From positions 1 through 64,000 of the IMG/VR virus record IMGVR_UViG_3300014205_000011: DNA of 64,000 nt; one strand, 5' to 3'. Made by a program: the position numbers and the translations under genes. The notes under the pieces are model-generated. The model did not search any database and had not been told where the DNA came from. It saw only the letters and a program-made list of their open reading frames with translations. The stretch comes from a virus (lineage: Duplodnaviria > Caudoviricetes). This document shows positions 20,201 to 30,700 of the stretch, in pieces; the first letter of the stretch is position 1; every line of letters begins with the position of its first letter.

Positions 20201-23200
20201 AAGAAGCGTTGATAATTGCTAAATGGGTAAAGAATAACTTTATTCCTACTGAAGTAAATGTTAATGAACTTAAAGAGTTAGACAAGATTAAAATAGAAGG
20301 TAACAGTTACATATTCAACTCAGTAGGTAATAGTATAAATGTAGCCACTAGCAAGGGTACTATACAAAGTTTTCCTCTTGATGCCAAGGTATACAGAAAT
20401 AATTACTTAAACAATTTACCTCAATTAGAAAACTATTTTTACAATAAGAAAGTAAGGTTTACAGAAGATTCTGTTGTAAAAGAGGGTAATAGGTATAAGT
20501 ATAGTGAACTAACTGATGAGCAACTAGCTGATATTATAACTGGTACTAAGTATGATATAAACAATAAAACTCTACTATTTAATAGAAAGTTTACTAGTTT
20601 AACTGGTAAAGAGTATAGCAGCTATACAGATTTTATAATAGAAAACAATTTATACACTACAGATGTAGATGTTACTAAACCTTTTTTTGGTGCTGCTGTA
20701 TATTTGAATGAGCCTGGTATACAAACACAGCCTGTTACAGAAACTATTGAATCTGTAGAACCTACTATTACATTAACACCTAAGTTGCCTCAAGATATGA
20801 ATATAGAGGAACTTAGGGCATTACCTAATACTGATAACACACAAAAAGCTTTAGATGCTTTTAACACTATTAATTTTAGCACTAAAGAATCTATTATAGA
20901 AGGATTAACAAAAGTAATAAACATTACAGACAAAGAAGGCATATCAAAAGATAAATATGAACAGATACTTAAACAAAAAGAAAAGCTTATAGGTAATAAC
21001 AATTACTTTACTAAAGATTATATAGAAAAATATATACTATTTAGTACTAAAGAATTTCCTACTATAGAAACAATACAACCTGTTCAAAATGTAGAAACAG
21101 CAGTCAATGAAGTTAATAATGGAGACTTATTTGGTAATGTTACTGATCTTGATCCTGATGATGCTCCTTTAGTGTTTAATAGAAGTATTGCAAGTCAAGG
21201 TATTACACAGAACATACCTAATACTGCTAAAGAGTTATTAGACTATGCTATAAATAATGCTGGTGATAGTACTAAAAGCATAGGTAAACTTATAAAAGAA
21301 AATCTAAGTAAAGCTGAAGTATACATAAACAAACTTGATACAGAGGTTACTAAAGACTTTTTAAATAATAATGGATTAGATGTAAACATGGCTTATGCTG
21401 AGAATACAAAGTCTATCATTATACCTGAAACAGCTTTAAACCTTGATTCACAAACATTAGCTAATACCCTTATACATGAGTTTACACATGCTTATACAGA
21501 GTTTGTGTTGTTTAAGTCTTCAAGGTTTCCTGAGCAAATGACTAAGGAAGAAAAGCAATTTGTAAATACTATAGAAGATCTATACAACTACAGTAAAAAG
21601 TATGTACCTGAAGATATGTATGGTATGACTAATACTTCAGAGTTTCTAGCTGAACTTAGTAATCCTTTATTTGTAAAACAACTTGAAGCTATTAGTAGAG
21701 ACAATAGAAACATATTTCAAAGAATAATAGATGCTATACTTAAACTGTTTGGTATAAACAGAATAGCTACAGACTCTGTGTACACAGAAGCATTTAATGC
21801 ATTAGAAAAATATTTAAAGTCTACTAGTAAAACAGGCTGGATACAAAGAGGAACACTACAGTACTCTAGAATACCTGGTACTACTAGGTCTGAACAGAAA
21901 AGAAGAACAGATACTATTAACTCAATGTTTGTAAGGTCTGCCATAAGGTTAATACAAAAAGGCCCTTACTCATTAGATTATTTGACTAAAGCTCAAGTTA
22001 ATGAGTTATATAACCAAATTAAAGTTAAACTAAGTGAAGATACTAGTGGTAAACTTAAACCTGTATTGGATAACTGGGATCAATTTGTATCAGAATCTAA
22101 AAGAAGTTTAGTAGATTTTGGATTCTTATACAAGTCTGATGATTCTATGGAGCTGCTTGAAATAGATGATACAAGTAAAGAATCTTGGCAAATTAAACCA
22201 TTTCAAGAAAACGTAAAAGAAAGTTTAAGTAAAGCACAAAAGTTATATTTAAGATTCATAGAGAAAGTAGATGCTGATGGTAACTATGTAAAAGATGATA
22301 TAGGTAGAAACACTTTTGTACCATATAATGACATCAGTACATTTTTAATTAAGAACCTTGCAGGGCTAGATACACATGAAGAGATGTTAAACAAGTTGCT
22401 TAATTTAAGTAATGTAAGACCAGAGCTTAAAAGAATATATACAGATTTAAGTACTGATAAAAGCTCACAGAACTTTAAAAATAACTTTTTTACTAACTTT
22501 TCTAAGAATAGAACAGACTTTGTAACTGTACTAAGTTCTGGTGAAGGTGAAACTAAGTCTTCTAAAGTAATTGAAACAACTAGGAAAAACCTTAAACGTG
22601 AAGTGCTTAAGGAATGGGCTGTTACTTATCAAAGAGCAGTTATTAAAGATGACAAAGTAAACAAAGATGTAGTAGATAAAGCATACAGTAAACTTAGTAA
22701 GCTTAGATATAAAGACTCTGTTACTAAAGAACAAGCTGATATTATATCTGACTCGCTTAAACAAATAGGTATTTTTATAGATGCTAACAGGTTTGAGGGC
22801 ATGAAAGATGCTGATATAACTAAATATCTTATAGGGCCTGCTTCTATTAATACATTATTTAACAGCTTAAACAAAGGGTATGATGTATTTAATGTAACAG
22901 AAGATCCTAATACTAAAAAGGAAACTAATATATTAAACAAATTATCTGAACTAGAATCAAATTTAAGGTATGAAGACATTATGTCTAGTTTTTTAAATGG
23001 AGACTTTAATAGAGTATTTACAATAGGTAATGATACTAGTTTAAGTAAAACTGTTAGAAGACTTAAAAGAGGCGATCTTAAAGAATTTCAATCAGATGTG
23101 TTCTATTATCCTGATGCAGAAAATGTTAACTGGGGATTAGAAAGGTTAGCTAAAGATGCTGACTTTAGAGAACAATTTAAAGTAGCTGTATTAGACTCAG

Positions 23201-26200
23201 AAAGACTTGATATGCCTGGTATGAAAGGTACTAGTTATGGAAACATGGGGCCTTTGACATGGGGTAAGACACAAGTTAACTCTGCTTTAGACCAAGGTAA
23301 AAAGTATGGATGGTTCTCATTACCCACACCTGCTGATAAAGAAAATATATACATAGCTAGGTTGTCTATTACTAAAATACAACTAGTAGATGGTAAACTA
23401 GATGAAACAGCTTTAGCTATGTATTACAGAATTGTAATGGCTGAAACAGCTAGAATATATAAAGCTAGTAAAGAACTTATAGAATGGAATGAAGATGATT
23501 TAATTATAGGCTACCATTACGACTCTGGTACTACACCTAGAAAAGCTAAAGATAAAGCATTAGGTATAGTAAGAGACAACAAAGGTGAAATCATACCTGA
23601 TAGAATTGAAACACCTGTTTACTCTGGTAGAGCATTTGATTACCATGTATTTACAGAATTAAACCAACTTGGATTTAACAGAAAAGCATTAGGCACTATT
23701 AACTTTGTAGAAAGTGAAAAACAAACTATAGCTGATGCTATTAACAAATACTTTGAAGCAGATGTAAATAACATACTTAAAGTATGGGAAGAAACTGGCA
23801 TAATTAAACAAGAAGATAGCATATATAAAAGTTTAGAAATAGATTCTAAGATAATGCAAGAATACAAGTTGGTTACTAATGTAGCTAGGAACTTTGTATT
23901 TAACATGCATCAAGCATATTGGTTTATGAGCTCTGTATTATTAGGTGATTTAGCTTTTACTAAAAACTCAGAAGACTATACTAAAAGGATAGCACTATGG
24001 CAAACACCTGGTACCCCTATAGGATCTGGTACATATAATACAGTAATAGTAAAAGATGATGTAATAATTTCAGAGTTAGCGAATGAGTATAAAAAAGCTT
24101 TTAGAAAATTAGGATACACAGAAGAACAATTAAATAGTATAGTAGGTATTAACTCTGACACTGGAAAAAGAACTGGTTACTATAAAGTAAATGGTACTGA
24201 TGCTCAAGGATTAGCTACATGGGAAAGATATTTAGACATTATTGTTAGACAAGGTATGATGACACCTGAGTTAGAGCAAAACATAGAAGCTATGGAAAAA
24301 GGTGAACTTACACCTGAATCTGCTAAGTTATTGTTTGCTCCTGTAAAAGGTACTAATATAGGTTACAGATTAATTAATGGTAAACGAGTACCTGTAGTAG
24401 TTAAATACTCTTTAGTTCCAATACTACCAAGCTTTACAAAGCTTCCTAAATATAAAAAACTACTTAAATCTATGCAAGAAAAAGGTGTAGACGAACTAGT
24501 ATTTGAATCAGGCTTTAAGTTAGGACAACAAAAACTAGGCGATTGGAGAGACAGTAAAACTTGGAAATTAATAGAACTTAATAATGATTCGTATAGAATA
24601 CCTCAAGTAGTACCATATAAAGACTCAGGTACTACACTGTTACCTACTCAGTCTATGAAAAATATTATAAGTAACATAAACTTAGATGGATTTTATAAAG
24701 TAGGAGATGGTGTAATTACTGGTGCTGAAATGATACAGCAATATCAAGAGCTTATAAGCAGTAACCTTGTATATGATGCTAACAAACTTATTAAAAGATT
24801 AATGTTAGATAATCCTGGGCCTGAAAGTAACAAAAGATTACAAAGTGTGTTTCTATCAGAAGGAAGAAAGAGAAATAATCTTACACAAAATCAAGAAGAT
24901 GCTTTAGAAATAGTAGATGGAGATTTTAGAGTACCTATGTCTATGCCTTGGTTAAGTTCACAAAGGCAAAACATGTATTTTAGTTTATTTAATAAAAAAG
25001 TTGCTACTAGAAAAGTACCTGGTTTTTCTGCTGTAAACGTGAGTGATTTTGCTACTACTTACTCTAAAGGTAAAGAATTGAAGTTCTATAACGTAATCTA
25101 TGACAATCCCACAGAAGATCAAGAGTTTACTATAGAAGCAGCAGAAGTAATGGTAAGCCAAGACTATTTTAGAAATGTTATTAACAAAAGGTACAAAGAT
25201 TACAATCTTGAAGGAGATTTAACACTTGATAAAATACCAGAAGACCTTAGATACTTTATAGCTAATAGGATACCTAACCAGGGTAAAAACTCTATGATTA
25301 TGTGTAAAATAGTAGGATTTTTACCTAAAGAAGCTGCTAGCCAAATAATGTTACCTAAAGAAGGTACTACACAAGGAGGATATGACTTTGACATTGATAA
25401 ATCTTTTATACTTACTAAAAACTTTTATATAGAAGAAGGCGTAATTAAAGTAAATAAATATTTTAGTAACGAAGAAGATACAAATAAAAGATATGCTGAA
25501 TATATATTAGAGAATAATAAAGCTATACAAGTTAGAGAATTGCTTAGAGAGTTTCATGAAGACATAGCTTATAATGAAGATGTAGTGTTTAAGCTTGATA
25601 ATGCTTTAGAAGATAAGGTTAACAATGTATTAGGCATAGATAGAAAAAGTATTACAGATGAAGAATACTATGACATCATACTAGATTACTATTCTATGGA
25701 AGAGTTAAGCTTGGAAGAGTTTAGTAAACTAAATATAATTGAACAAAACACTAAAGCAGCTAGAGAAAACAGAATAATAGATACTTACATAGGTATACTA
25801 TCTAGTTCTCATAATTTCTATGAATCTATATACCCTAATAATGTAGATACACTATTAGAAATTAGAAGAGAAATCAAAAGAATAACTAAACCAGCAGTAG
25901 AAAGTAAGAACTTTATAACTCTGCAATACCAAAATAACTCTAGAGAACTTAACCAAGCAGGTAAACAACTTGTAGGTGTACACTCTAATGCTGCTGTAGC
26001 TAGGGCTTATTTACAACTTAGTAACTATGTATCACCTACTTCAGTAGTGTTTGACAATAAGGTACTAAATGAAATGGGTAACAAGGTAGATTACTCTGGT
26101 AACTTGATTAGTAACAACCACTTAGAGTTACAAAATGCTTCAGTGGATAATGCTAAAGAACCTATACTAGGTGACTTGAATGATAACATGCTTACTGCTA

Positions 26201-27759
26201 ATGTATGGAATTACCTTACAGATTTAGGTGTACCACTTAGAACTGTAGCTATGTTTATGCAACAGCCTATTATGTTGGAGCTTACAAGAGAGTGGAATAA
26301 CTTTGGTAGAACTAGAAATGATGTAGTAAAAGCTTATAACAAGTTAAATGATGAATATGGTATTAAAATTAAACAAAAAATACCTAAATTAGAATCAGTT
26401 GATACTAATACACTTACAGATAATCTTATTAAAAATGAAGATCCTAACCATCTTATATATCAAATGCAAATACTTGATAAGTTCATGGAATATTACAATG
26501 ATAGTGCTGAACATGCTAAATTCATTAATGCTATGAGAGCTGATTCAGTTAGAACATTACCTTCAGTAATAGGTAACAGGTTCTTCATGGATAACTATGA
26601 TAAATATATGACTGATGAAGTAGAGTTAGCATTGCCTATGATGACAGAATTTGCTGAACAAGCTGTTAATAGACCATTAAAACTATCTAGAAATTTGTTT
26701 GTATGGGATTCTCCTGTACTTAACAATCTTAAAGAAGTATTTACTGAAACTCAATCAGATTTTATAACTGAAGATTTAGCTACACAGCTATATGAAGATT
26801 ATATAAGTTACTTGTATACACTACCTCAATCACCCCTATTCTCACAAGTAGAAAGGTTAAATGAGTATCTGTATACTAGACCTATAGCTAATAGAGTACT
26901 AAGGATACAACAAAGGGAAAGACAGTACTTTATGGAAGATAGTAACTATGTTATGAATCCTTTCATAATGGCATTATCTATACAAAATGTTGAAACTAAA
27001 ACACCTACAGGTAAAGAATTAGATTATCAACTAGTAGTACTTGAAGATATGTCTGCTTCTAGGTCTGACTTACAAAAGTCTGAAATACAAGATGGTTGGT
27101 TAGAAATGTACCAAGATGAAAAGTCTAGAGACCTAGCTATAGATTTATTTACTTATTCTTTTTTTATAAATGGTTTTAATAGAGGAAGTAATACCCTAGT
27201 AGATTATATACCAGTAGCACTAATGGAAGACCTTGGTATACTTAAGTACTGGAAAAACATAGAAGACTCTGTTAAAGCAGGTGATAAAATGGGTATAGAC
27301 CCCACTGAATTTATAGAAAAGTTTGTAAGAAATATTAAGAACCAAGGTCTTAGTCCAAGTAAGAAGATTAAGAAAGATGGTAACAAGATACTTAATGGTG
27401 TAGTACTTGACTTACATACTATTAAAGTATCAGATGAGTTTACTATAGGTTCTGGTCTAACTAAGAGTTACCCTATGATAATTAGTATGTCTGATAAAGG
27501 TAGTACTAAAATGTTCAAACTAAGTAAAGTAGAGAACAGCAAGAATGCCATATATAAGGAAATCAATGCTTTAGGTACTAAGATACTAAGAGAGTATAGC
27601 CAAGATCCACAAGTAGAATCTATATTTAAAGATAATAATAGAACTAAAGAGATAGTTGAGTTACCTTTGGATACTACTGTACCTGAGATAGAAGTTGAAA
27701 ACATAGAGCCTAACATTTCAGATGAAGAAGCTCAGAATAGACTGGAGGAATGCAAATGA
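17260..27759 (+). CDS. Virion DNA-dependent RNA polymerase (crAss-like, single chain) with zincin-like domain
   Basis: RIPNQG followed by GGYDFDIDK (DFDID at 25384-25398, the phi14:2 gp66-type catalytic motif); HEFTH at 21475-21489; hydrophobic Gly-rich N-terminal segments. Confidence 0.9.
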   Translation: MPGKYDDLLKGLDPKGTDPLIGSYSFDSNLGDSKYDNNYVPFYGNEQAALDYQRADRQSNWDSFGNLLLRGVGKAVLTVPETFGYLADVPEMLHMTDDYDNQLSSLVREKKSWLDDALPEYSRQINTDEFKPQSVEWWFRNGDSVIESLGYLVPGYAVGKGVGAGLKMLKAAKGVQTAGSALSAAVALNYTETMQTAGEFYRRSVKDYLSVLKDPNDPSKGKKYTEEQARQKAAEGASAIVWQGKINIPLELVTTMALFKGFKGLKGSRALAGTNVNEKVGTFLAKELGKQTATEYLEEVSLGYIEANQDRKRNKQLGRQVDESDDITRMLKYLFSDKGLTEGLLGAVGGGVVGSLFVNRQIKDFKEQQRIVKDITGKNNTDLEALVSNLADHNKTSAQAQANRDEIGFDVSQRQKLNEIAAINAYSGTSEQFLDQLEVAAELSTDPDAQTMLREYTQQAEAVEKIVNQVENKYQERTPEFKRLATSYLLNEKTYIDTVNKLNKEINTALTSVALPDTVYSNLNLLYNQKTVIDKLLSQNIPKEYKEYLQNELTEVNNQIELQSPLNYLSDTKKPIESFSVPNVDTIIQPLLDNKYKYDFKAKEAKSNFENIDSQQEQVEQSIQDELTRKKREEVMSDLDKLNKTFQQQPSSQSKEQLKDFEKFKDSMREVGYTEDEIEAQYNELVDVINDKEREETQTPEQVEREEQIDQAQGESLVTTPETVTETTPTEIVEETLQLDIDESSLPEFIPDRTDTVIIEEDFESITFDVRPGPGLASTSEEYKTSKYNDVMYSSVGNPIRSGQESEFDFAYLNSPNGVKVGDQIELYVDSNSKYSLEGKGNTAETVHIKLRVNGKDIGNLKNFRVTGDDIADAKTLEVRTYLFNNPTQTLTTTIAEKTNGFILRSKVNENGKLVPAKNSIKNIQKGIYIPTQTGENVYIKTESGFRGITQEELGMVTMLVETANGQIMPVQIFARDVTPKEALIIAKWVKNNFIPTEVNVNELKELDKIKIEGNSYIFNSVGNSINVATSKGTIQSFPLDAKVYRNNYLNNLPQLENYFYNKKVRFTEDSVVKEGNRYKYSELTDEQLADIITGTKYDINNKTLLFNRKFTSLTGKEYSSYTDFIIENNLYTTDVDVTKPFFGAAVYLNEPGIQTQPVTETIESVEPTITLTPKLPQDMNIEELRALPNTDNTQKALDAFNTINFSTKESIIEGLTKVINITDKEGISKDKYEQILKQKEKLIGNNNYFTKDYIEKYILFSTKEFPTIETIQPVQNVETAVNEVNNGDLFGNVTDLDPDDAPLVFNRSIASQGITQNIPNTAKELLDYAINNAGDSTKSIGKLIKENLSKAEVYINKLDTEVTKDFLNNNGLDVNMAYAENTKSIIIPETALNLDSQTLANTLIHEFTHAYTEFVLFKSSRFPEQMTKEEKQFVNTIEDLYNYSKKYVPEDMYGMTNTSEFLAELSNPLFVKQLEAISRDNRNIFQRIIDAILKLFGINRIATDSVYTEAFNALEKYLKSTSKTGWIQRGTLQYSRIPGTTRSEQKRRTDTINSMFVRSAIRLIQKGPYSLDYLTKAQVNELYNQIKVKLSEDTSGKLKPVLDNWDQFVSESKRSLVDFGFLYKSDDSMELLEIDDTSKESWQIKPFQENVKESLSKAQKLYLRFIEKVDADGNYVKDDIGRNTFVPYNDISTFLIKNLAGLDTHEEMLNKLLNLSNVRPELKRIYTDLSTDKSSQNFKNNFFTNFSKNRTDFVTVLSSGEGETKSSKVIETTRKNLKREVLKEWAVTYQRAVIKDDKVNKDVVDKAYSKLSKLRYKDSVTKEQADIISDSLKQIGIFIDANRFEGMKDADITKYLIGPASINTLFNSLNKGYDVFNVTEDPNTKKETNILNKLSELESNLRYEDIMSSFLNGDFNRVFTIGNDTSLSKTVRRLKRGDLKEFQSDVFYYPDAENVNWGLERLAKDADFREQFKVAVLDSERLDMPGMKGTSYGNMGPLTWGKTQVNSALDQGKKYGWFSLPTPADKENIYIARLSITKIQLVDGKLDETALAMYYRIVMAETARIYKASKELIEWNEDDLIIGYHYDSGTTPRKAKDKALGIVRDNKGEIIPDRIETPVYSGRAFDYHVFTELNQLGFNRKALGTINFVESEKQTIADAINKYFEADVNNILKVWEETGIIKQEDSIYKSLEIDSKIMQEYKLVTNVARNFVFNMHQAYWFMSSVLLGDLAFTKNSEDYTKRIALWQTPGTPIGSGTYNTVIVKDDVIISELANEYKKAFRKLGYTEEQLNSIVGINSDTGKRTGYYKVNGTDAQGLATWERYLDIIVRQGMMTPELEQNIEAMEKGELTPESAKLLFAPVKGTNIGYRLINGKRVPVVVKYSLVPILPSFTKLPKYKKLLKSMQEKGVDELVFESGFKLGQQKLGDWRDSKTWKLIELNNDSYRIPQVVPYKDSGTTLLPTQSMKNIISNINLDGFYKVGDGVITGAEMIQQYQELISSNLVYDANKLIKRLMLDNPGPESNKRLQSVFLSEGRKRNNLTQNQEDALEIVDGDFRVPMSMPWLSSQRQNMYFSLFNKKVATRKVPGFSAVNVSDFATTYSKGKELKFYNVIYDNPTEDQEFTIEAAEVMVSQDYFRNVINKRYKDYNLEGDLTLDKIPEDLRYFIANRIPNQGKNSMIMCKIVGFLPKEAASQIMLPKEGTTQGGYDFDIDKSFILTKNFYIEEGVIKVNKYFSNEEDTNKRYAEYILENNKAIQVRELLREFHEDIAYNEDVVFKLDNALEDKVNNVLGIDRKSITDEEYYDIILDYYSMEELSLEEFSKLNIIEQNTKAARENRIIDTYIGILSSSHNFYESIYPNNVDTLLEIRREIKRITKPAVESKNFITLQYQNNSRELNQAGKQLVGVHSNAAVARAYLQLSNYVSPTSVVFDNKVLNEMGNKVDYSGNLISNNHLELQNASVDNAKEPILGDLNDNMLTANVWNYLTDLGVPLRTVAMFMQQPIMLELTREWNNFGRTRNDVVKAYNKLNDEYGIKIKQKIPKLESVDTNTLTDNLIKNEDPNHLIYQMQILDKFMEYYNDSAEHAKFINAMRADSVRTLPSVIGNRFFMDNYDKYMTDEVELALPMMTEFAEQAVNRPLKLSRNLFVWDSPVLNNLKEVFTETQSDFITEDLATQLYEDYISYLYTLPQSPLFSQVERLNEYLYTRPIANRVLRIQQRERQYFMEDSNYVMNPFIMALSIQNVETKTPTGKELDYQLVVLEDMSASRSDLQKSEIQDGWLEMYQDEKSRDLAIDLFTYSFFINGFNRGSNTLVDYIPVALMEDLGILKYWKNIEDSVKAGDKMGIDPTEFIEKFVRNIKNQGLSPSKKIKKDGNKILNGVVLDLHTIKVSDEFTIGSGLTKSYPMIISMSDKGSTKMFKLSKVENSKNAIYKEINALGTKILREYSQDPQVESIFKDNNRTKEIVELPLDTTVPEIEVENIEPNISDEEAQNRLEECK

Positions 27760-30700
27760 AATGCCCTGTAAAAAATAGTGATTGGATAAGACTAGTAGAA
27801 GAAGTAGGTGAACTAAATGCTTACAAATACTTCATGCTTAATAATGAAGAAACACCTACTAAAGAGCAGGTGGATAAGATTATAGAAAATAGGCAACCTA
27901 GTATAGCTAAGTTACTTAAGTATTATAATGCTGATACTGCTGGCTTCTTACCTAAACAAGTGATTGTGGAAAAAGTTAAGCAAGACATTAAGAATAAAAA
28001 CTTAGATGTAGAACTTAAACAAGCAAGTAATGGCAGATATTATTTAGCTAAAAATGGTAGAAAAGTTACTTTTTATGACCTTGATGGAGATTCTAGTAAA
28101 GATGAACAACTTAGTCAAAAGTTACAAGATATACTTACTAACATAGGTATTAAAATAGAAGCTTATGACTCCCTTATAAATAGGTTAGGTGTTGATGCAG
28201 CAGGTGCAGCAGATATAATGAATAACATTATTTACATTGCTAACAACAAAGCTAGTGAAACTACATTACCAGAAGAAGTAAGTCACTTTTTTATAAGAGG
28301 ATTAGGGTTAGATAATCCTTTAGTTAAAAGACTTATGGATAATATAGATCAACATCCTATATATCAACAAGTACTAAATGATTATACTGATTTAAATTAT
28401 ACACAAGAAGAACTTAAAGAAGAAGCAGTAGGTAAACTACTAGGTAAATACATAGTCCAAGAACATAAAAGTACTAAAGGTGGTGTAAGTATATGGGAAA
28501 AGTTTAAAGGTACTATGAATCTTTTATTGGATAAAGTATACAACCTATTTAAAAAGATTACTAATCAAGAAATGTATGCTACTGTAGAACAAGTATATGG
28601 TAAGTTTGCTAAGGATATACTTAAAGGTGACATAATAGTTAAGGATAACAATGATGGTTTCTTTTATCAAATGAGTAGAACTATTTTATCACAACAACAA
28701 ATGGTAGAAGATAAACTTAAAGCTATTGAAGCTAGGATAAAAGATTATAAAGCTAGAGAAGGTGAATATGGTGGAGCAAAAGAAAAGATTGAAAAGTTTA
28801 TAAAAGACACAGAGAAAGCTACAAATGAAATTAAAGAACTTAATGAAGTTAATCATGAAGCAGCATATTTAAAGCTCTTAGAACTTGTTAATGAAGCTAT
28901 AAAAGACACTAAAGAAAGAATAACTACTGGTGAACTTACTGAATTAGGATTATCTAGGGCAATCAATTACATGATAAGTTACAAGAACATTAACCTTGTA
29001 GACACAACTAATGAAGTGATAAAAAAAAGTGCCAATGAACTAGAAGGTCAAAGGCTAAGGCTGCAAACTGAACTAGAAGAATTAGCTAAGGTAAAGCTAG
29101 GTAAAATAGCATTAGAAGAAACTAGTTCAAATAGAACTGTAGATAAACTGCTTACACCTACTTCAGATTTATCTTGGGATCAACAAAATTTAGGGGCTAT
29201 GGCTAATGCTGATGATAGTATATTAGCTATATTAGACAAAAAATACAAGAGAGAAGTAGAAGATAAAGTATTTGAAAAAATGTTAATCTTTGATGAAAAA
29301 CTTGCTGAATTACTTGATAAGGTAAACAAAGAAGATCTTAAATTGTTTATAGACACTCAAGATGGTGTAAACAGGATAACAAGTAAATGGGATGCTAGTT
29401 ATTACAAGGCTAAGAAGCAGTTTATAGAAAGCATAGACAACCTACCTCATGACATAAGGATACTTGAATGGAGAAAATGGTTTAATGAGAACCATACAGT
29501 AAGAGATGCTAATGGTAAATCACATCCTAAAGATAGATGGATAAGTGATAAATGGAAAAGAATACAAGTAGATCCTAATATTAAGGCTCTGTATGACTTT
29601 GTAATGAGTAATAAGATATTCTCTGATAGGTTAATGGGATTAGAGGTATATACTAATAGTGAGTATAGGCTACCTCAGTTTCATAAGACACTTGTAGAAC
29701 AAATAGCTAGTCAAGGTAAATGGGAATTTTTAAAAGGTAAAACTAAAAAGTTACTTACTAGTTTAGAATATACTAAAGATAAAAATATATACACAGATGA
29801 AACAGATAAGCCTATTAGTTTCCTTAAGAAGCCAGGTACTTATAAGTTAGAGGATCCCAGTACAGATATTGTAAATGTGCTTAAAGCTTATGTATACTCC
29901 GCTGAAATGTACAGAGCTAAAAGAGACATACAAGGATTAGTAGAGCTTACTAAAACATATGTAGCACTTAGAAAAGTACCTGTAGTTAATAGAAAAGGTG
30001 CTGTACTTAACCAAGATGGTACACCTATTACTATGGAAGGGTTATCTACCAGGGCTTATAAAAGGGTAGAGGATTGGATAGAAATGATATACTTTGGTAA
30101 TAATCAAAAAGATCAAGGTAGCTTTAACATATTTGGTAAACAAGTAGATAAGCAAAAGGTAGCTAGGGCATTAGGTAAATATAATTCTGTAACAGCTTTA
30201 GCACTTAACTTATTTTCTGCTACATCTAACATTATATATGGTGGTGTTATGCAAGTTATGGAAGCTGTTGGTGGGGAATATTATACAGGTAAAGATTATG
30301 CATGGGCTACTAAAACATATGCTACTCAAGCTTTATCACCTAAACTTAGAGAGCTTGTAAAATACTTTAAAGTAGTACAAGATACTAGTGAATATGGTGA
30401 AAAACATAATTGGATAAGTAAATTAATGTTTGGTGGTCAAACTATAGGTGAAGATATGCTTCAAGTAAGAATGTTTTTAGCTATGGCTCACAATTACAAA
30501 GTAGAGTTGAATGGTGAGAAGATTAATCTATGGGATGCTTTTGAATATGATGGTAAACTTAAATTAAAAGAAGGTATGGAGTTAACTAACCAAGATATTA
30601 GTGATTTTAGAGGTAAGGTAAGAGCAGTAAACCAAAAGTTACATGGTAGATATGATACATTAGATCAAGCTGCTTTACAACAATATTGGTGGGGATATTT

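Noticed and set aside
14384-27716. Minus-strand ORFs within the cargo/RNAP genes (e.g. 14384..14779, 16420..16923)
   Set aside because: Leu/Ser/Phe-rich antisense shadows of long real genes, with no motifs or start context.
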